From a cyanobacterium endosymbiont of Braarudosphaera bigelowii (lineage in GTDB: Bacteria; Cyanobacteriota; Cyanobacteriia; Cyanobacteriales; Microcystaceae), in contig NZ_AP024987.1 in assembly GCF_020885515.1 (NCBI RefSeq), positions 270,001-302,000 on the forward strand: 32,000 nt of DNA, written 5' to 3'. The notes below the pieces were generated by a model. The model saw only the letters and a list, made by a program, of their open reading frames with translations. It was not told the origin of the DNA and ran no database searches. Within the stretch, counting starts at the first letter, position 1, and the number at the start of each line of letters is the position of its first letter. Position numbers and translations under genes: made by a program. Of the stretch, positions 29,779 to 32,000 are shown one piece after another.

Positions 29779-30174
29779 TAGCAAAAGGATCAAATTATTG
29801 AATTGTATTAAACATAAAAAACTAATCTTACAGAAATGTATTATTGGTAGTTAATGTTTATTTTAAAATCATTTATGAAATTATAACAAAGTTAACAACA
29901 TATATTAAGCCTACTGTCTATAATATAATTCTTATAAGTGTATCTTATCACTTCACATAAGCAAAAGTATTTATAATCACCATATAATTAAATTTTTTGT
30001 AATCAATTTTTAATATAGATTACTAATTAATAGTATCCATTTAGTCTAAATTATAGTCAGAATATATTATGTTTTTGTATATCAGTTTTTCTTTATATAG
30101 TTATTTTGCAATTGATTACAATCACACAAAAAATTAGTTCAGTAATTAAATTTTTTATAGAGTTAATATCTAAT

Positions 30175-30633
30175 ATGCATCATGTATCCATTCGTACAGC
30201 TAATATCCAGAAAGCAATAGCTTTTTATGAAGTTTTAGGCTTTACTATCGAAAATCGTTTTGTTATAGATTATACCTTAGCATGTTGGATGGAAGGCTTA
30301 GGAGGGAGAATTGAATTGATTGAAATTCCTGAACCTAAGGCAACTCAAAATATTTTTGAAGATAATCATTATATTGGTTATTATCATATATCTTTTAACT
30401 TGACCCACTATACTTCTGATCTATCTATATGGTTGGATCAGTTAAAAATTAATTTTTCTCAATACGCTCAAGAGAATCTTGATAATTGTTCATATCCAAT
30501 AATTTTACTTGAACCTCATAAACAAGTTATTGGCGATAAACTTTATGAAATAGCATTTATCCAAGATCAGGATGGATTGCCACTAGAATTTATTCGAATT
30601 TTAGAGAATAGTAAGCAGACTTTTAGCTGTTAA
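30175..30633 (+). CDS. VOC / glyoxalase-bleomycin resistance-dioxygenase fold protein
   Basis: 'MHHVSIRTANIQKAIAFYEVLGF' is a typical VOC beta-alpha-beta-beta-beta start, and 'YHISFNL' follows later. The ATG at 30175 gives 152 aa. The TTG-initiated extension from 30106 looks non-coding. Confidence 0.7.
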   Translation: MHHVSIRTANIQKAIAFYEVLGFTIENRFVIDYTLACWMEGLGGRIELIEIPEPKATQNIFEDNHYIGYYHISFNLTHYTSDLSIWLDQLKINFSQYAQENLDNCSYPIILLEPHKQVIGDKLYEIAFIQDQDGLPLEFIRILENSKQTFSC

Positions 30634-30704
30634 ATACTATTTTTAATCTAATTACTTTTTTACATAGGAGATATATTGCAAAACTTATCTTTCCTAACAA
30701 TATG

Positions 30705-30757
30705 AAAATACTATCAAATTATTCTTGTGTAAACAAAAATCTATTTGATAGTATTTT
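30705..30757. terminator. 15-bp perfect hairpin between the convergent VOC and ctaE genes
   Basis: AAAATACTATCAAAT (30705..30719) pairs with ATTTGATAGTATTTT (30743..30757) around a 23-nt loop. It lies 10 nt downstream of the ctaE stop on the - strand. Confidence 0.5.
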
Positions 30758-30766
30758 AAACGAAAT

Positions 30767-31354
30767 TTAAAGTAAATAAACTAATACAAAAAGGACAATC
30801 CAAACTACATCGACAAAGTGCCAATAAATTTCTGCTGCTTCAACACCAAAATGAGATTCACTTGTATAGTGTCCTTCTTTAGAAGAGCGCCATAGAACTG
30901 CTAATATTAATAAGAGTCCGAAAGATACATGTAATCCATGGAACCCTGTTAAAACATAAAAACAGCTAGCAAATAAATTTGTAGTTAGTCCCATTTCCAA
31001 GTGAAAATACTCATACATTTGACCGGCAAGAAAGATAAAACCCATTAAAGCCGTTATTCCGAACCAAAGCTTTAGTCCGGAAACATCGTTTTTCTTGATA
31101 GCAGCCTGTCCTTTATGCATAACAAAACTACTAGAAATTAAAATAATGGTATTAATTCCAGGTAACAGTAGTTCTAGCTCTGGCGTTCCTGTCGGTGGCC
31201 AAATAGGCATTACAGTCTTGTAGACTAAAAACGCACTAAATAGCCCTAGAAAAATAGAACTTTCTGCTATTAAGAATAAGACTAAACCGAATAACCTATG
31301 ATCATGATGAACATGATTAGTCTCATGAGATTTTTGAATTGCTGAACCTTGCAT
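30767..31354 (-). CDS. ctaE: Cytochrome c oxidase subunit III
   Basis: 195 aa. 'FLIAESSIF..LF', 'FYVLTGFHGLHV' and 'YWHFVDVVWI.LF' are classic subunit III blocks. Confidence 0.9.
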   Translation of the reverse strand: MQGSAIQKSHETNHVHHDHRLFGLVLFLIAESSIFLGLFSAFLVYKTVMPIWPPTGTPELELLLPGINTIILISSSFVMHKGQAAIKKNDVSGLKLWFGITALMGFIFLAGQMYEYFHLEMGLTTNLFASCFYVLTGFHGLHVSFGLLLILAVLWRSSKEGHYTSESHFGVEAAEIYWHFVDVVWIVLFVLVYLL

Positions 31355-31399
31355 AACAAATTAAATGTTGAAATGATTTAATGAAGAGTATAAACAAAT

Positions 31400-31465
31400 G
31401 GGAAATGGCAAAGTTATGTTGCTTTACTACATTTCCCTATGGGCTATCTTTCCTGGGAAAGATAG
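31400..31465 (-). promoter_or_regulatory. Structured ctaD-ctaE intercistronic spacer with two adjacent hairpins sharing GGGAAA/TTTCCC arms
   Basis: GGGAAATG (31400..31407) pairs with CATTTCCC (31430..31437). CTATCTTTCC (31444..31453) pairs with GGAAAGATAG (31456..31465). The arms are cross-complementary between the two hairpins. Confidence 0.35.
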
Positions 31466-31474
31466 AAATACGAC

Positions 31475-32000
31475 TTATTTAGAGTTAGAACCTGTTTCAG
31501 TTAGGGTATCTCCAAAAACCTTCTCAAAATCGAATTCTTCAGAGTTTAATCCATAATCATATGGACCTGCCCATAGGACTGGTTTTCCATCAAAATTTTC
31601 AATTGCTGGGGGAGATGATGTTTGCCATTCTAAAGTATACGCTCTCCAAGGATTACGGCTAACTTTTTCACCGTTAAACAGACTGAGGAATACATTTATA
31701 ATGAAAGGTAAAGTTGATAAACCAAGTATATAAGCCCCTATAGTCGCAATTTGATTCAACGGCTGAAATTGAACATCGTATAGTGCTATACGGCGATTCA
31801 TTCCTAATAATCCTAATTCATGCATTGGCATGAATGATATATTTAATCCGATAAATAATAAAGCACAATGAGCTTTTCCAAGTGCATCATTAAACATCCT
31901 ACCTGTCATTTTTGGAAACCAATGGTAGAATCCTGCAAACAATCCCATGGATGCTCCACCAAAAAGAACATAGTGAAAGTGAGCTACTACAAAATAGGTA
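31475..32000 (-). CDS. ctaD: Cytochrome c oxidase subunit I, C-terminal part (gene continues beyond the window end)
   Basis: The frame stays open upstream of the listed Met to the window edge (...YFVVAHFHYVLFGGASMGLFAGFYHWFPKMTG...), which is the conserved heme a3/CuB-region block of subunit I. Confidence 0.9.
   Translation of the reverse strand, partial: TYFVVAHFHYVLFGGASMGLFAGFYHWFPKMTGRMFNDALGKAHCALLFIGLNISFMPMHELGLLGMNRRIALYDVQFQPLNQIATIGAYILGLSTLPFIINVFLSLFNGEKVSRNPWRAYTLEWQTSSPPAIENFDGKPVLWAGPYDYGLNSEEFDFEKVFGDTLTETGSNSK

Noticed and set aside
1-32000. Search for tRNA, rRNA, tmRNA, RNase P RNA, SRP RNA, CRISPR arrays and tandem repeats.
   Set aside because: I spotted no T-loop-like GGTTCGAATCC / GGATTCGAACC strings, no conserved RNase P or tmRNA cores, and no regularly spaced direct repeats. 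A visual scan cannot fully exclude divergent ncRNAs.

Overview
This is an AT-rich stretch (roughly 30% G+C by eye, not computed) of a cyanobacterial chromosome. It carries scattered housekeeping genes. I found no mobile element, CRISPR array, tRNA or rRNA, and no recognisable defence or otherwise novel multi-gene system. The cyanobacterial assignment rests on petN (found by hand, not in the ORF track), ycf54, a ctaD-ctaE cytochrome oxidase operon, a DUF1825 protein and a Get3/ArsA-like ATPase. The other genes I could read are: an M16 peptidase (5'-partial), hemF, an M3 oligopeptidase, pdxJ, proS, aroE, cobM/cbiF, an HhH protein, a TM2 protein, lhgO, ubiX, a GT2-GtrA glycosyltransferase, dnaG, a dedicated ECF importer operon (S, fused A-A, T), pyrF with an overlapping secreted hypothetical, and a VOC-fold protein. 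The AT bias, the long ORF-free gaps and a homopolymer-disrupted gene suggest a genome under reductive evolution, such as the Crocosphaera/UCYN-A/diatom spheroid-body lineage. That lineage call is inference only. Seven things deserve a second look. (1) A DUF2079 membrane-protein gene is split by a frameshift inside an A12 tract. (2) A perfect 81-nt palindrome sits at a convergent gene junction. (3) A 1.74-kb region before proS has no ORF of 60 aa or more and contains orphan hairpins. (4) The ECF importer has an atypically long S component of unknown substrate and a degenerate second ABC signature. (5) Two micro-ORFs, petN and a 44-aa TM peptide, are missing from the ORF track. (6) Very long perfect AT-rich hairpins appear to serve as terminators. 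(7) The ctaD-ctaE spacer contains mutually exclusive GGGAAA/TTTCCC helices. All product calls come from motif recognition and memory of the families. No database search was run.
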